Source: an uncultured Gammaproteobacteria bacterium
Lineage (GTDB): Bacteria; Pseudomonadota; Gammaproteobacteria; JACCXJ01
Direction: 5' to 3'
Assembly: GCA_963764725.1 (NCBI GenBank)
Contig: CAVXTM010000005.1
Location: forward strand, 101,009 to 165,008
Length of the DNA stretch: 64,000 bases
Within the stretch, counting starts at the first letter, position 1, and each line of letters opens with the position of its first letter. Positions 35,075-44,868 of this stretch are shown in pieces. The notes under the pieces are model-generated. The model did not search any database. It worked only from the letters and a program-made list of their open reading frames with translations, and was not told the origin of the DNA. Position numbers and translations under genes: made by a program.

Positions 35075-35640
35075 CCGTATGGTCCAAATACTGGATTGTC
35101 GGGTCAGGCCCCTTCCCGCTGGTAATAGGGCAGCATGCCACCGAGTCGTTCCCGGCGACGAACGGACCCCTGAGCAAGCCAGACGACCGCCGACGGCCTG
35201 ATCAGCCGATTGTCGAGGCCTTGGTGATTCCTCTCGGCGTGATAATGCACCATGTATTCTCTGAGGGCACGGCGTAGCGAAGCTTCGCCAAAGAGGATCA
35301 TACGGTGGATCATCTCCTCCTTTATGGAGCGCACGAAGCGCTCAGCGCAAGCATTCAAATTCGGAGACCTGGGTAGCAGTCGTATGATCTCGATACCGTC
35401 GCGTTCCAGGAACCCTCGAAACGCCCGAGAATACTTGGTATCGCGGTCGAGGATGAGATAGCGCGTATCGAGCAGAAACCCGTTGACAACATCGGTGACA
35501 TTGCGGGTCGTCTGTACCATGAATGCGTCCTTCGGAATCGGCGTAATGCCAGCGATGTGCACCGAGCGGTGTCGCGAGCTCGATGAAGAACAGCACGTAG
35601 TGTGTGACGAGTCCGTGGAACGTCCAGGTCTGTTCGTTCC
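35075..35640 (-). pseudogene. Integrase-core transposase 3' fragment
   Basis: LDRDTKY, SPNLNA.AERFVRSIKEE, YH.ERNHQG, RLGG. Confidence 0.8.
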
Positions 35641-35956
35641 ATTCGTTCTCACTGGTGGAGCACGCGGCAAAGCAACACGAGAATCAAACCTAGTCGAGGT
35701 ATCACGTTCTTCGGTTCGATGTCCCTCAGGATGTTTGCGTAAGAAAACGGTCGCAAACCAAAATGCTTCGGAGCCCTCTAATAAGCTTAGCATTCGCTAC
35801 AGACAGGTTTCTTTATCTACAGGCTCCATCCTCAAATTTTGACAGCCAAAGCTCGGCGCCACCATCAACGACGTAGCTCTGAATCGGACCCCCCCGGCGC
35901 TCTAGTACTTTTCATCGACGAAGAGATTGCTGGCAGAGTCAGGCGCATGGGGGCCG

Positions 35957-36319
35957 CTACGATGTCTTGGAGGCCGTCCCGATATACGTCAGATCTTCCG
36001 GCTCAAGGGGACAGTCGAAAATTCCGAGCGATCCTTTCACCGGGATGGGTTCGATACGCTTGATGTCCGTGAACACCCAGACATGGGCTCGGGGATAGAG
36101 TCGGCAGCATGCCGCTTTTTCATCCTCTCGGATCATCGGCCGGCAGCCCGTGAGTGTCGCCACGGCGAGGGCGAAACCTGCGGGTTCGATCCTCGGGCGC
36201 TTTGAGGACACAATCAGCAGTGGTCCACGATAGGACGTCACCCACGTTCTGGTCTCGATCGTCTTCTCGCCCGCAGCGATCAGGTTCGCCCATGGCTGTT
36301 TGAGCGAGAGGGCTTTCAC
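35957..36319 (-). CDS. ASCH domain protein
   Basis: KALSLKQPWA.LI..G.KTIETR.W...RGPLLI; P.KG.LG. Confidence 0.9.
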   Translation of the reverse strand: MKALSLKQPWANLIAAGEKTIETRTWVTSYRGPLLIVSSKRPRIEPAGFALAVATLTGCRPMIREDEKAACCRLYPRAHVWVFTDIKRIEPIPVKGSLGIFDCPLEPEDLTYIGTASKTS

Positions 36320-36421
36320 GCTAGGATTGCCCTGTGTCTCTACTCGTCGCGGGAAATCTGGTCCCCGGGCGAGATCAGCCCCAGGGCACAGGCGGGAGAG
36401 TTTTGATGATCAACGCCACTG

Positions 36422-36718
36422 CTATCCCCAACTTTGCAACTTGTTCCATACTTCGCGAAAGGGCACGACGCCCTGCGGAAAATGGGTGCGGAAGTCATCA
36501 CGAAAGTGCTGCGCATGATCCCCTAGATAACGGTCAAGGTGCACCTGGGTCAAGGCCTGGTAGCGGCTGCGAAACCGCGTTGAGGAGGCGCGCTCGAAAT
36601 GGATCTGTTGGAAGCAGCCTGTGCTGAAGATCTCCGGGATATGCTTCTGGCGCATATAGGTTTCGACGCCTTCCGCGAACCTTGGGTCTATATCAAGCGT
36701 TACTTCGTAGCTAATCAT
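36422..36718 (-). CDS. DUF4286-like protein
   Basis: MI.YEVT, YM...HIPEI..TGCF, LD.YL..HA. Confidence 0.75.
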   Translation of the reverse strand: MISYEVTLDIDPRFAEGVETYMRQKHIPEIFSTGCFQQIHFERASSTRFRSRYQALTQVHLDRYLGDHAQHFRDDFRTHFPQGVVPFREVWNKLQSWG

Positions 36719-37087
36719 GCTTTTCCTCTTCAGTTCGGTGGCAGGTAGAACGCCCATTTTATCGCTGTCAGAACCGCGAAAGCTTAGCGGATCTCCTCGG
36801 TGAGTCCGGTGCCGAGCTGAGTGACCCCGAGCTACGCGCTGCAGCACTGTGGATCGCTGGACAAGTTTCGATCTGGCTAAGCCGGACCGTGGGTGCAACG
36901 AGCCCTTGTTTCTCGTGCCTGGCGGCTATAATTTTGGCAAGCGTGTTGGAGAAAGAAGCGATCGGTGAGTGGCGCACGCCGCTCACAGGAAGCGGCGGAT
37001 CCGAGCGCGAGAACTGAGAGGAGGCGATGATCGTCCTGCCCACCGAAAAGACGCCTAGCTAGGGGCCGGAGCTCACGGAGTCATGCC

Positions 37088-37537
37088 TTGGTGCGGAGTT
37101 TCCCCCACGTCATTGGGTTCGATGATGCCCCGTTTAGCGACGCTCATCGTGGGGAGGTGCTGGTCGTGGGCGCAGTTTATGCCGGAGAAAGGCTTTCTGG
37201 AGTCTTGAGCGGCAAAGTGCGGCGTGATGGCGCCACCGCGACCCGGGTGCTCGCGGGGTTGGTGCGGGGTTCGCGCTTCTATCCTCAGCTCCATGCCGTG
37301 CTCCTACAGGGGATCGCCGTTGCCGGTTTCAACGTGATCGATCTCGACGGGCTCCATGATGCGCTGGGCATTCCGGTGCTCGTGATTGCACGCAAACGCC
37401 CTGACTTGAATGCCATCCGGCGTGCGCTCTTCGAGCGGGTTCCTGGAGGAGTGCGCAAGTGGCGTCTGATCGAGCGGGCTGGGCCGATGGAATCCCTCAG
37501 ATCGTCCGCCCCGCCGTCGCGCTCGGACGCGGCGTGA
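37088..37537 (+). pseudogene. DUF99 (endonuclease V-like) protein, C-terminally truncated
   Basis: IGFDDAPF, DG..AT, LLQGIA.AGFNVID; C-terminal PEP.R.AH region absent. Confidence 0.75.
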
Positions 37538-37686
37538 GGTAGACTCATGGGTGTTGAAACTCGATGCGACGGTGGCGTGCACATATGACCAGTGCACATT
37601 GGCGCTAAATCATACCTAGCCGTTGCTTGTCGCGGGGTCCGGCCGCATAATACTCATTCGATAAACAGCATGCGGAGGGGAACATC

Positions 37687-37995
37687 GTGGCAAAACTATC
37701 TATTCGGCTCAAGCGAAACACGGATGAGACACTGAATGCGCAAGTGTCGCGGCAAATAAACGATTCAATCAAGAGCGGCAAGCTTAAACCCGGAGCCTCG
37801 CTGCCCTCGACCCAATCACTTGGTAAACAACTCGGCATTTCCCCGGAGACCGTCAGACGGGCGTACATACAGCTTCGGGATAAGAAATTAATTACCCGTG
37901 AGGACGGGCTGGGATACCAGGTGCGGGACAGCAATGCAAAGCGGCCCCCGGTAACGAAAGCTCCTCCGGCAGGGGCTCGGGCACGCGCGGCATAA
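37687..37995 (+). CDS. Stand-alone GntR-type winged-helix protein
   Basis: GKLKPG..LPS...L..QLGIS..TVRRAY..L; GGAGG RBS. Confidence 0.85.
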   Translation: MAKLSIRLKRNTDETLNAQVSRQINDSIKSGKLKPGASLPSTQSLGKQLGISPETVRRAYIQLRDKKLITREDGLGYQVRDSNAKRPPVTKAPPAGARARAA

Positions 37996-38115
37996 TAAGC
38001 CCTGGTGCCACCATAGCCTTAGCCTCGAGCGGTTGAGGAAGGGGTGCACACGCGTTTTTTGAATAACGCGCTCTGGCCGCATTGCGCTTGCGGCTCGAGA
38101 CGTTGGCGCGGTCTA

Positions 38116-38532
38116 TCAGCACCCGCTCACTTCGCGCGCCCAATCCAGGATGGCGGTGAGCCGCGCAGACAAGAGCGCCCGGGCCTCGCCATAGCGTAGC
38201 CATCGATATTCATGGTGCTCCGGGCGGCCGAGTTCCATGCTGACCGCTAAGGTTACGGCTATCTCTTGCGTCGCAGCGAGATAGTACCGCGCCACCTTAC
38301 CGGCGCCGTAAGGCTCGGTCTCGCGAAACACTTGGCCCCACGGAAAGTCGAGGTTCCTCAGCGACATCTCCTCCTCGACCTCGCGCCGCGCCGCCTCAAA
38401 CGGGTCTTCCGTGAGCTCGACGATCCCCTTGGGGAAGTCCCAGTAGTTGTACGCGCGCAGCAACAGATAACGGCATTCGTGGTTAAACTGGTGCGTGACG
38501 ACCATCCCCGCCGAGAGTATCTTTACCTTCAT
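38116..38532 (-). CDS. NUDIX hydrolase (Ap4A hydrolase-like)
   Basis: SAG.VV, WDFPKG.VE..E....AARREVEEE, EHHEYRW. Confidence 0.88.
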   Translation of the reverse strand: MKVKILSAGMVVTHQFNHECRYLLLRAYNYWDFPKGIVELTEDPFEAARREVEEEMSLRNLDFPWGQVFRETEPYGAGKVARYYLAATQEIAVTLAVSMELGRPEHHEYRWLRYGEARALLSARLTAILDWAREVSGC

Positions 38533-38537
38533 TTGGG

Positions 38538-38644
38538 TCGAGCGCGGTCGAGACGAAGTTTTCGTCGGCCAGGTAAGGTATCTCCCCTGGCTCGCCTGGC
38601 ACCCGGCCTGGCAGCACACCTTGTGGCCAACTCTTGAGCGGGTA
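38538..38644 (+). repeat. Duplicated SDR 3'-end fragment (copy of 56646-56756)
   Basis: ~107-bp near-identical match with a 4-bp deletion. Confidence 0.85.
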
Positions 38645-39092
38645 TTGAGGCGATCCACCCGCAGAGAGGTATTGCATCAACTATTGCATCAACCCCACCC
38701 CTATAGGCGAAAGCTGTTATGAACCGCCCCGCCATGTTGGAGCTATTCATTTTGGCGTTCATGGACTACGTATGCTGGGCAAACTCTTGCGTCCGCGCGG
38801 AGTCCGTCTTGTCTTAACCGAGTCCCGGCTTCTCAAACACCAGCTTATCGTCCTCCCATCGCACGCACAAATGAGCACCGAACCTAAGTCGCTGGGACCG
38901 GCTCTTGATGGGATTCACGGTTTGAATTGTCCGCCCCAAACGATTACCTAAGACCGCCGTCAGTCCGAAACCACAGACATTGCTCCGATTCCAAAAGGTC
39001 GTAAAATCCCGTTCACGGTATTTTTTGTCTATGCGCGCAAAGAGCTGAACGACGGCGAGTGGGTAAGGGTCGGTAGCGACAGTCACGGTAGC

Positions 39093-39825
39093 GTGCGCGG
39101 TTGGATCCAGGAGGATAATTTAATCCCCTGGCATCAAGCGCTGACCGTGACCTTCAAAGCTTCTGAGGACATCGACCGCGTGCTGCTGTTCCGCGACCGG
39201 AAATCGCTAAAGCGCCTGGTTGAGAAACAGGATCTGAAGGCCTATGCCCGGCTTTACCAAGAGGCGGTGCTCGGCACCTTGTCGCCGGATTCGCCCGTCG
39301 TCGCGATTCAGCCGGAAGCGAATATTGATATCCAAGACGATTTTTACCTCGTCCCAATCAAGCGGCATGAGGACACTTACCTCGGCCGAGCTCGGGTATT
39401 TGAACGAATATGTCGAGGACCTGCCTTATGTCAGCGAAGTCACGGGTTTGTCGCTCGCGGATTGGGAAGAATGGCCCGCGGAACGGCAGGTCGATTTTGT
39501 GAGCCGCCTGGAGAGCAAGATCAGTTATTACCAGGCCTTGCACGACCATACCGATCTTTGGGTATCGCTCGACGGCGGAGCGGTGGGCGGGGAATCCGTA
39601 TTCCCGGTGCTGCTCGACATGCTGCCCTAGATGAGCGCGATTTATCACCTCAAGGCGATTGTCAAGACACGGGCGACGAACGGCACCGGCTTTCGGTTGG
39701 TTATTCCCTCGATCCGAATCGAAGACCGCGAAGCGATCGCGCTCGTCGGCTACAGCGGTTGCGGGAAGAGTACGCTCCTCGACGTGCTGGCGATGATCTT
39801 GCGGCCCGACGAGGCGGCCCTACCT
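39093..39825 (+). pseudogene. Remnant of a PpkA/vWA-like gene and the 5' end of a TagT-like ABC ATPase
   Basis: GW.....IPW.QALT..F; C-terminus VFPVLLDMLP abuts an ORF with GYSGCGKSTLLD that breaks off. Confidence 0.5.
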
Positions 39826-39989
39826 GGCCGAAGCGGCGGATGTACCAACCCTTCATGAACTGCGTCAGCGTTGGAAGCCTATGGCAACAGCGAGCTCTTT
39901 GGGCTCCATCCTAAGGCCATGTCGGGCCTTCACGAGCGGCCAAACCCGCGCCGCAAGTCTTACGGCTAACGGTGCGGGCATCCCTTGTC

Positions 39990-40955
39990 CTATCGCAGCC
40001 AGCCCTTGTGCTTTATGTATGTTAGCGGCAACAGCGCGGCGATCAAAGTCAGCGCGATCGACATGGTGAACCCGTGCTTCCAGCTCAGCTCCGGCATCAC
40101 GGCGAAATTCATGCCGTAGAAGGTCGCCACGAGGGTCGGCGGCAGGAACACGGCGGTGATGATGGTGAACACCTTGACGATTTGGTTCTGCTTGATGTTG
40201 AGGAGACCAATGACCGAGTTTTGCAGATAGCGCACCTTTTCGTGCTCGAACGCCGCGTGCGCCTTGACGCCATCGACGTCGGCGATCAGTTCCATGACCA
40301 GCGTCTGCAGATCGGGCTCAGTGCGGTTGTTGACCTCACCGTTCAGGTGGCGCACTAGGCGCGCGAGCGCGAGCTGACTCTCCAGGCATTTGGAGATCAG
40401 CTCTTCGCTGTCGTTGAGATCGAGCAGGATCTCGCTGAAGTCGCTGACGCCCAGCTCGCGCCCGGAGGTGTCTGAGAGATGCGCGATCGTCTCGGCGGCC
40501 AATTCCAGCGATTCGGCGATGGCCTCGATGACCTGATCGGTGCCATCGTTGACGCTGGCCAGGATCATGCGCAGCAGCGACTTGGCGTCGGTAGCCTGTT
40601 GCGGTCGGCGCGTCAGTCGCTGCATCACGCGGTTGAGCGGGGTGAACTCGGCGGTATCGTGCAGCGTGACCAGCAGACGTTCGCCCAGCACGATGGTGAT
40701 CTTGTGAAAGCTCGGCGCGCGTGCCTCGTCCATCGCAACGACCTCGGCGAAAAGATAAACGTACTTCTCATCCTCGTAGACACTGGTGTGCTGTAGCTGC
40801 GGTTCGACGTTGTAACGCTGGCGCAGTTCACTCATGTCATCGGCTTCGGGCTGTTGTCCGGCATCGATCCACAGGAAACCGCCTTCGGCGGGCAGCTCGG
40901 CGATGCCGGGCAGGGTGTCGATCTTGTCGTTGATGCGGTAGATAGAACGGATCAT
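39990..40955 (-). CDS. corA: CorA-family Mg2+/Co2+ transporter
   Basis: QN.IVK.FT, PPTLVA..YGMNF..MPEL.W, two C-terminal TMs. Confidence 0.95.
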   Translation of the reverse strand: MIRSIYRINDKIDTLPGIAELPAEGGFLWIDAGQQPEADDMSELRQRYNVEPQLQHTSVYEDEKYVYLFAEVVAMDEARAPSFHKITIVLGERLLVTLHDTAEFTPLNRVMQRLTRRPQQATDAKSLLRMILASVNDGTDQVIEAIAESLELAAETIAHLSDTSGRELGVSDFSEILLDLNDSEELISKCLESQLALARLVRHLNGEVNNRTEPDLQTLVMELIADVDGVKAHAAFEHEKVRYLQNSVIGLLNIKQNQIVKVFTIITAVFLPPTLVATFYGMNFAVMPELSWKHGFTMSIALTLIAALLPLTYIKHKGWLR

Positions 40956-41407
40956 GGAGATCTCCTTTGTTTCTTGGGCTCAATACGATTCGATTCGGAA
41001 GAGTAAGGCTCAGGGGGCTCTAGCATACGCTCGACGACGCCGTGGCTTACGGGATCGACTTCAACTTCCCACGCCTTGCCGCCTTTGATGGCCGTGGCGC
41101 GGTAGCGTAAGCCGTCCCGACGCAGGCCGCGAATCTCCTGGTACCCCTGACGCGCCAACAGTGCATGCACCTCGACCAGGCTTAGCTCGGTAGGGCCGGA
41201 CTGCGCTTTGGCGTCGCTCGGCTTACCGCGGAGGGCCTCATGCGAGGGCGAAGTCGAAGATGTGCGGGTCTCGGTTTCGGTCGGCTGGATGTGATGGATG
41301 GCCAGCAGGGCGGCGGACAGCAGCACGTATAGGATCACAACGGCGAGGATCACTTCGTTCTCCAGCCGCGACTTTTTAACGTTGGGTCGTTCGCGTTTGA
41401 TATTCAT
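40952..41407 (-). CDS. Membrane-anchored protein with a PepSY-like domain
   Basis: One TM; L...GY..I......Y.A.A...G...EVEVDP; overlaps the corA start. Confidence 0.7.
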   Translation of the reverse strand: MNIKRERPNVKKSRLENEVILAVVILYVLLSAALLAIHHIQPTETETRTSSTSPSHEALRGKPSDAKAQSGPTELSLVEVHALLARQGYQEIRGLRRDGLRYRATAIKGGKAWEVEVDPVSHGVVERMLEPPEPYSSESNRIEPKKQRRSP

Positions 41408-42161
41408 GGGGATGGTCTCCGGTGCGTGGCTTGGTCCTGGCAAAGTGAGGCAGAACAATGTTGAAACCCACTGTAAACCATGGGGTCTCGTCGAGACTGT
41501 CCTGCGTGCCGACGAGGAAGTCGAGACTCGAGTCTCGGCTCAAGCTGCGGCGCACCCCGACTTGGGCAATGAAGTCGCCCGCCGTGTCGCAGAGGGCTTC
41601 GCCAAGTAATACCCAGTCCTGCGCTAGCGCAATCTCCACGCCAAGACCGCCAATGACCGCGCCATTGGAACCGCGCGGGTCGTTCCACCCGAGGTTGGCG
41701 TGCAGCACCGCGCCTCGCTCGGAATCGAGCGCGAGGCTATACGGGAGGTTGAGATTCCAGCTTTCCAACCGGTTGGGGTCGGCGCTCCAGATCGCGCCGA
41801 GCGAAATGCCCAATCCCCATGGCGCGGTATCGAAATCGTGGAACAGGCGTTTCAAGCCGGGCACCGCGATCGGTCCTCTACTTGGGTTAAAGAAATCGCT
41901 GATGCCATCGCTGATGCCGAGGCTGAGTTCCGTGCCAGCGAGAGTGCACGCAGGGACGGCGGTGAGTTCTTGGCCGGGGGTATAGGCACGCGCCCAGGTC
42001 TCGACCTGACAGCGTCCAGATGGTGTGATCGTAGCGTCATCCACGAACAAGCTGCCGCCTGCGGGGGAGTCACCCGCGAGCAGGGACAGCAGGCCAACGA
42101 GTGGCGGTGCTACTTTGTCGATGAACGCCGGATGGTGCCGTTTGATGAATTGGAAACGCAT
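41376..42161 (-). CDS. Exported, possibly outer-membrane beta-barrel protein
   Basis: GGAGG RBS, signal-like segment, VDDA.IT..G.CQVETW, alternating beta pattern; 3' end uncertain. Confidence 0.7.
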   Translation of the reverse strand: MRFQFIKRHHPAFIDKVAPPLVGLLSLLAGDSPAGGSLFVDDATITPSGRCQVETWARAYTPGQELTAVPACTLAGTELSLGISDGISDFFNPSRGPIAVPGLKRLFHDFDTAPWGLGISLGAIWSADPNRLESWNLNLPYSLALDSERGAVLHANLGWNDPRGSNGAVIGGLGVEIALAQDWVLLGEALCDTAGDFIAQVGVRRSLSRDSSLDFLVGTQDSLDETPWFTVGFNIVLPHFARTKPRTGDHPHEYQTRTTQR

Positions 42162-42327
42162 GCGTCCTCCCACCGATGAGGGCGTAGTCGCGCTCAGCCG
42201 AACACCCGCCGCCAATGGCGGCACACAACAGATCAAATGGGAAGTGAGATGGAACGCCGAGAACCGGCTGTCTCAATGCCACTACCCGCCGTTGCGGCAA
42301 GGTAGCAGCGGAATATGACGCCCGCGG

Positions 42328-42378
42328 TTACCTTGCCAGTGTTGTCTCGATGCAAGATCGACTACTGGAACTGTCCAC
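42328..42378 (-). CDS. Putative leader peptide MDSSSSRSCIETTLAR (16 aa)
   Basis: GTG start, GGAG 8 nt upstream; last codons form one arm of alternative hairpins. Confidence 0.65.
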   Translation of the reverse strand: MDSSSSRSCIETTLAR

Positions 42379-42405
42379 TGAGGGAACTCCGTTTAGAAAA
42401 CCCGT

Positions 42406-42434
42406 ATTCTAGCGCAGCAAGAAAAGGCTGGCAA
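42406..42434 (-). promoter_or_regulatory. Sigma70 promoter of the corA operon
   Basis: TTGCCA-N17-TAGAAT. Confidence 0.7.
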
Positions 42435-42435
42435 C

Positions 42436-42457
42436 ATCCTCCCCAGGGGGATAGGAT
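42436..42457. promoter_or_regulatory. RcnR/CsoR-type operator
   Basis: ATCCT-CCCC-A-GGGGG-AT-AGGAT C/G-tract pseudo-palindrome, 9 bp before the repressor ATG. Confidence 0.65.
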
Positions 42458-42466
42458 ATTGCGACT

Positions 42467-42736
42467 ATGACGACACACGCGACTCACCCGGACGTAATCA
42501 AGCGACTCAAACGTGCCCTGGGGCATCTCAAGAGCATTGTTACCATGCTGGAGGAAGGGCGCGGCTGCCTGGAAATCGCTCAACAACTGCAAGCCGTCGA
42601 GAAGGCGATCGGCAACGCCAAGAAGACCTTAGTGCACGACCACATCGATCACTGCCTTGAAAACACCGTGGGAGAGAGTTCGCACGAGGCGGATCAAGCG
42701 GTTCGTGAGTTCAAGGAAATCACCAAGTACCTCTAG
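42467..42736 (+). CDS. CsoR/RcnR-family metal-sensing repressor (NreA/DmeR-like)
   Basis: H...HP....RLKRA.GHL, C.EIAQQL.AV, DHIDHCL, FKEITKYL. Confidence 0.92.
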   Translation: MTTHATHPDVIKRLKRALGHLKSIVTMLEEGRGCLEIAQQLQAVEKAIGNAKKTLVHDHIDHCLENTVGESSHEADQAVREFKEITKYL

Positions 42737-42749
42737 AGGGCAGCCAGCG

Positions 42750-43706
42750 ATGCATACTCACAATTTGTCCCCGTGGACCCACGACCACGTCTTCGACGGA
42801 GGCAACGCTGCCGCAGAACGCGGCACCCGGGCCGTCATGTGGATCACCGCCGCGATGATGATCGTGGAGATTGCCGCCGGCTGGTGGTTCAATTCCATGG
42901 CGCTGCTGGCGGATGGCTGGCACATGAGTACGCACGCCGTGGCCATCGGCCTCTCCGCCTTCGCCTATGCTGCCGCCCGCCGCTATGCCCGCGATCCTCG
43001 GTTCGCCTTTGGCACCTGGAAGATTGAGGTCCTCGGCGGTTTTGCGAGCGCCATTTTTCTGTTGGGCGTCGCGGCCGTGATGGTGGTGGGATCGGTCGAG
43101 CGGATCTTCTCGCCCCAGCCGATCCACTATCAGGAGGCGCTAGCCGTCGCCGCGGCCGGTCTGCTGGTCAACATCGTGTGCGCGATGATTCTGGGCGGCG
43201 CGCGCGATCACCATGACCATCACGGCGAACACGTACATGATGGCGACTATCAGCATCATGCCCATCATCATGACCTGAACCTCAAGTCCGCCTACCTGCA
43301 CGTCATCGCCGATGCGGTCACCTCAGTTCTGGCGATTGTCGCGCTCGCCGGCGGCTGGCTCTATGGATGGTCCTGGCTAGACCCGGCGATGGGGATCGTG
43401 GGGGCGGTGCTGGTGGCCAGGTGGGCGAAGAGCCTCATCACCGAAACCGCCAAGGTGCTGCTTGATCGGGAAATGGACCATCCGCTGGTGGAGGAAATCC
43501 GCGAAGCGCTCGAAACGGGACCGGAGGCCGGAGAGAACCGCGTCGCCGACCTGCACGTCTGGCGGGTCGGCAAGCGCTCTTATGCCTGCGCTTTGAGCGT
43601 CGTCACGCACGACAAGACGCTGACCGCGATTCGCGTTCGCGAGCAACTGGCTGTGCATGAGGAAATTACCCACGCGACGGTCGAAATCCACTTCTGCGAC
43701 AACTAA
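42750..43706 (+). CDS. dmeF: CDF-family Co/Ni efflux transporter
   Basis: SMALLADGWHM, His-rich loop, D.NL.SAYLHV.AD, DLHVW. Confidence 0.9.
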   Translation: MHTHNLSPWTHDHVFDGGNAAAERGTRAVMWITAAMMIVEIAAGWWFNSMALLADGWHMSTHAVAIGLSAFAYAAARRYARDPRFAFGTWKIEVLGGFASAIFLLGVAAVMVVGSVERIFSPQPIHYQEALAVAAAGLLVNIVCAMILGGARDHHDHHGEHVHDGDYQHHAHHHDLNLKSAYLHVIADAVTSVLAIVALAGGWLYGWSWLDPAMGIVGAVLVARWAKSLITETAKVLLDREMDHPLVEEIREALETGPEAGENRVADLHVWRVGKRSYACALSVVTHDKTLTAIRVREQLAVHEEITHATVEIHFCDN

Positions 43707-43934
43707 GCGGCCAGAGAGGTGAACGGATGTGCTTTTGATTCAAGGTACCGCCGAGCAGCGTAGCCAGTGCCGGCTTTCCTAAGATACGGCAATTTTTATT
43801 AGACAGATTTGCTGCCCCCTCTAGCGCTACCTTTGCGACTGAGAGTTCATCGGTTCTGCGTCAACGCACGGATTGATTACGGGTCACGGCAGTTTGCGTA
43901 GCAATTCGCCACAGGCAGGTGATGCGGTACCTAT

Positions 43935-44456
43935 TCAATCTTTCGAACAGCCAGGCTTCTCCATGAATTTCTTACGAGGATCGATGAGAAAATCTCCAGT
44001 CTTGAGAATGTTCCGCCCTATGAGCACGGGATAGAGAAACATGCTGCGATCGGCGAGGTTAATTCTCCCTTCAAGCCGCTTTCCGCCTAGACAGAAATCC
44101 ATTCTAACAACCGGTCGCTTGGTGTCCTTGCCCTTGATCTCCGCCCATTCCACAATTTTTCGCTCAATGGATTTTATTTTCCCCTCGTCATCCTTAATCT
44201 GAAAGACAACCTTCTCTCCCGAGCCATCAGTAGCGCGCTTGATTTCAACAATCTTCGCGTCGATCGAGGAGATTCCTGCACCGGTATCTATGCGCGCCTT
44301 AAGCCTCATTCCCAAATCTTGCATCACCACGTACTCTACTCGCCCAATGATTGTGTCGGAATTATCGCACGCGAAACGCTCCTCAGCGCTTGCACTACCC
44401 GCGAGAACAAGACTCGAAAGAAGCGCACACAAGGCCGCACGGATTATACGTCCCAT
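43935..44456 (-). CDS. RimK/LysX-associated putative ATP-dependent zinc protease family protein (aspartic-protease fold), exported
   Basis: IGRVE, A.IDTGA..SS, RPVV, L.DRS.F.YPVLIGR. Confidence 0.85.
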   Translation of the reverse strand: MGRIIRAALCALLSSLVLAGSASAEERFACDNSDTIIGRVEYVVMQDLGMRLKARIDTGAGISSIDAKIVEIKRATDGSGEKVVFQIKDDEGKIKSIERKIVEWAEIKGKDTKRPVVRMDFCLGGKRLEGRINLADRSMFLYPVLIGRNILKTGDFLIDPRKKFMEKPGCSKD

Positions 44457-44868
44457 AATAGACTGAATACGGAGTAACCGATCCCAGGGCTTCAGGTCCG
44501 GTGCACGTTCACGAAACCGGCTCATGACTAACAGCTGACGCCGCAGCGCTATCGGTTCCGCGGCATCTGCGCCGGAGCCCACCCAGCTGCATTATCCTCG
44601 CTAACGTTATCAGCAAACGCGCCAACAAAACAAAGATTGCATCCATATTAATCACAGTACCCGGAACCACGAACAGACAAGACTGCCTTTACCCCCTGCG
44701 TCTATTGCGAAGGTTTATAACTTGCACCGGACAGGCTTTGACCAACTGGTATCGGCTCCATCGCATAAGCTTCTCTGCCGCCGCCGTTGGTTTTTCCAAG
44801 AGGCAGTACATCGCCTTTCACCGGCTAAAGAAAGCGGAACGGTAGGAGTCGCCGCCGACCAAGTCACC

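Noticed and set aside
44527-44612. Possible attC upstream of the zinc-protease-family gene
   Set aside because: TAAC/GTTA boxes and a hairpin are present, but the R and L boxes do not pair convincingly.
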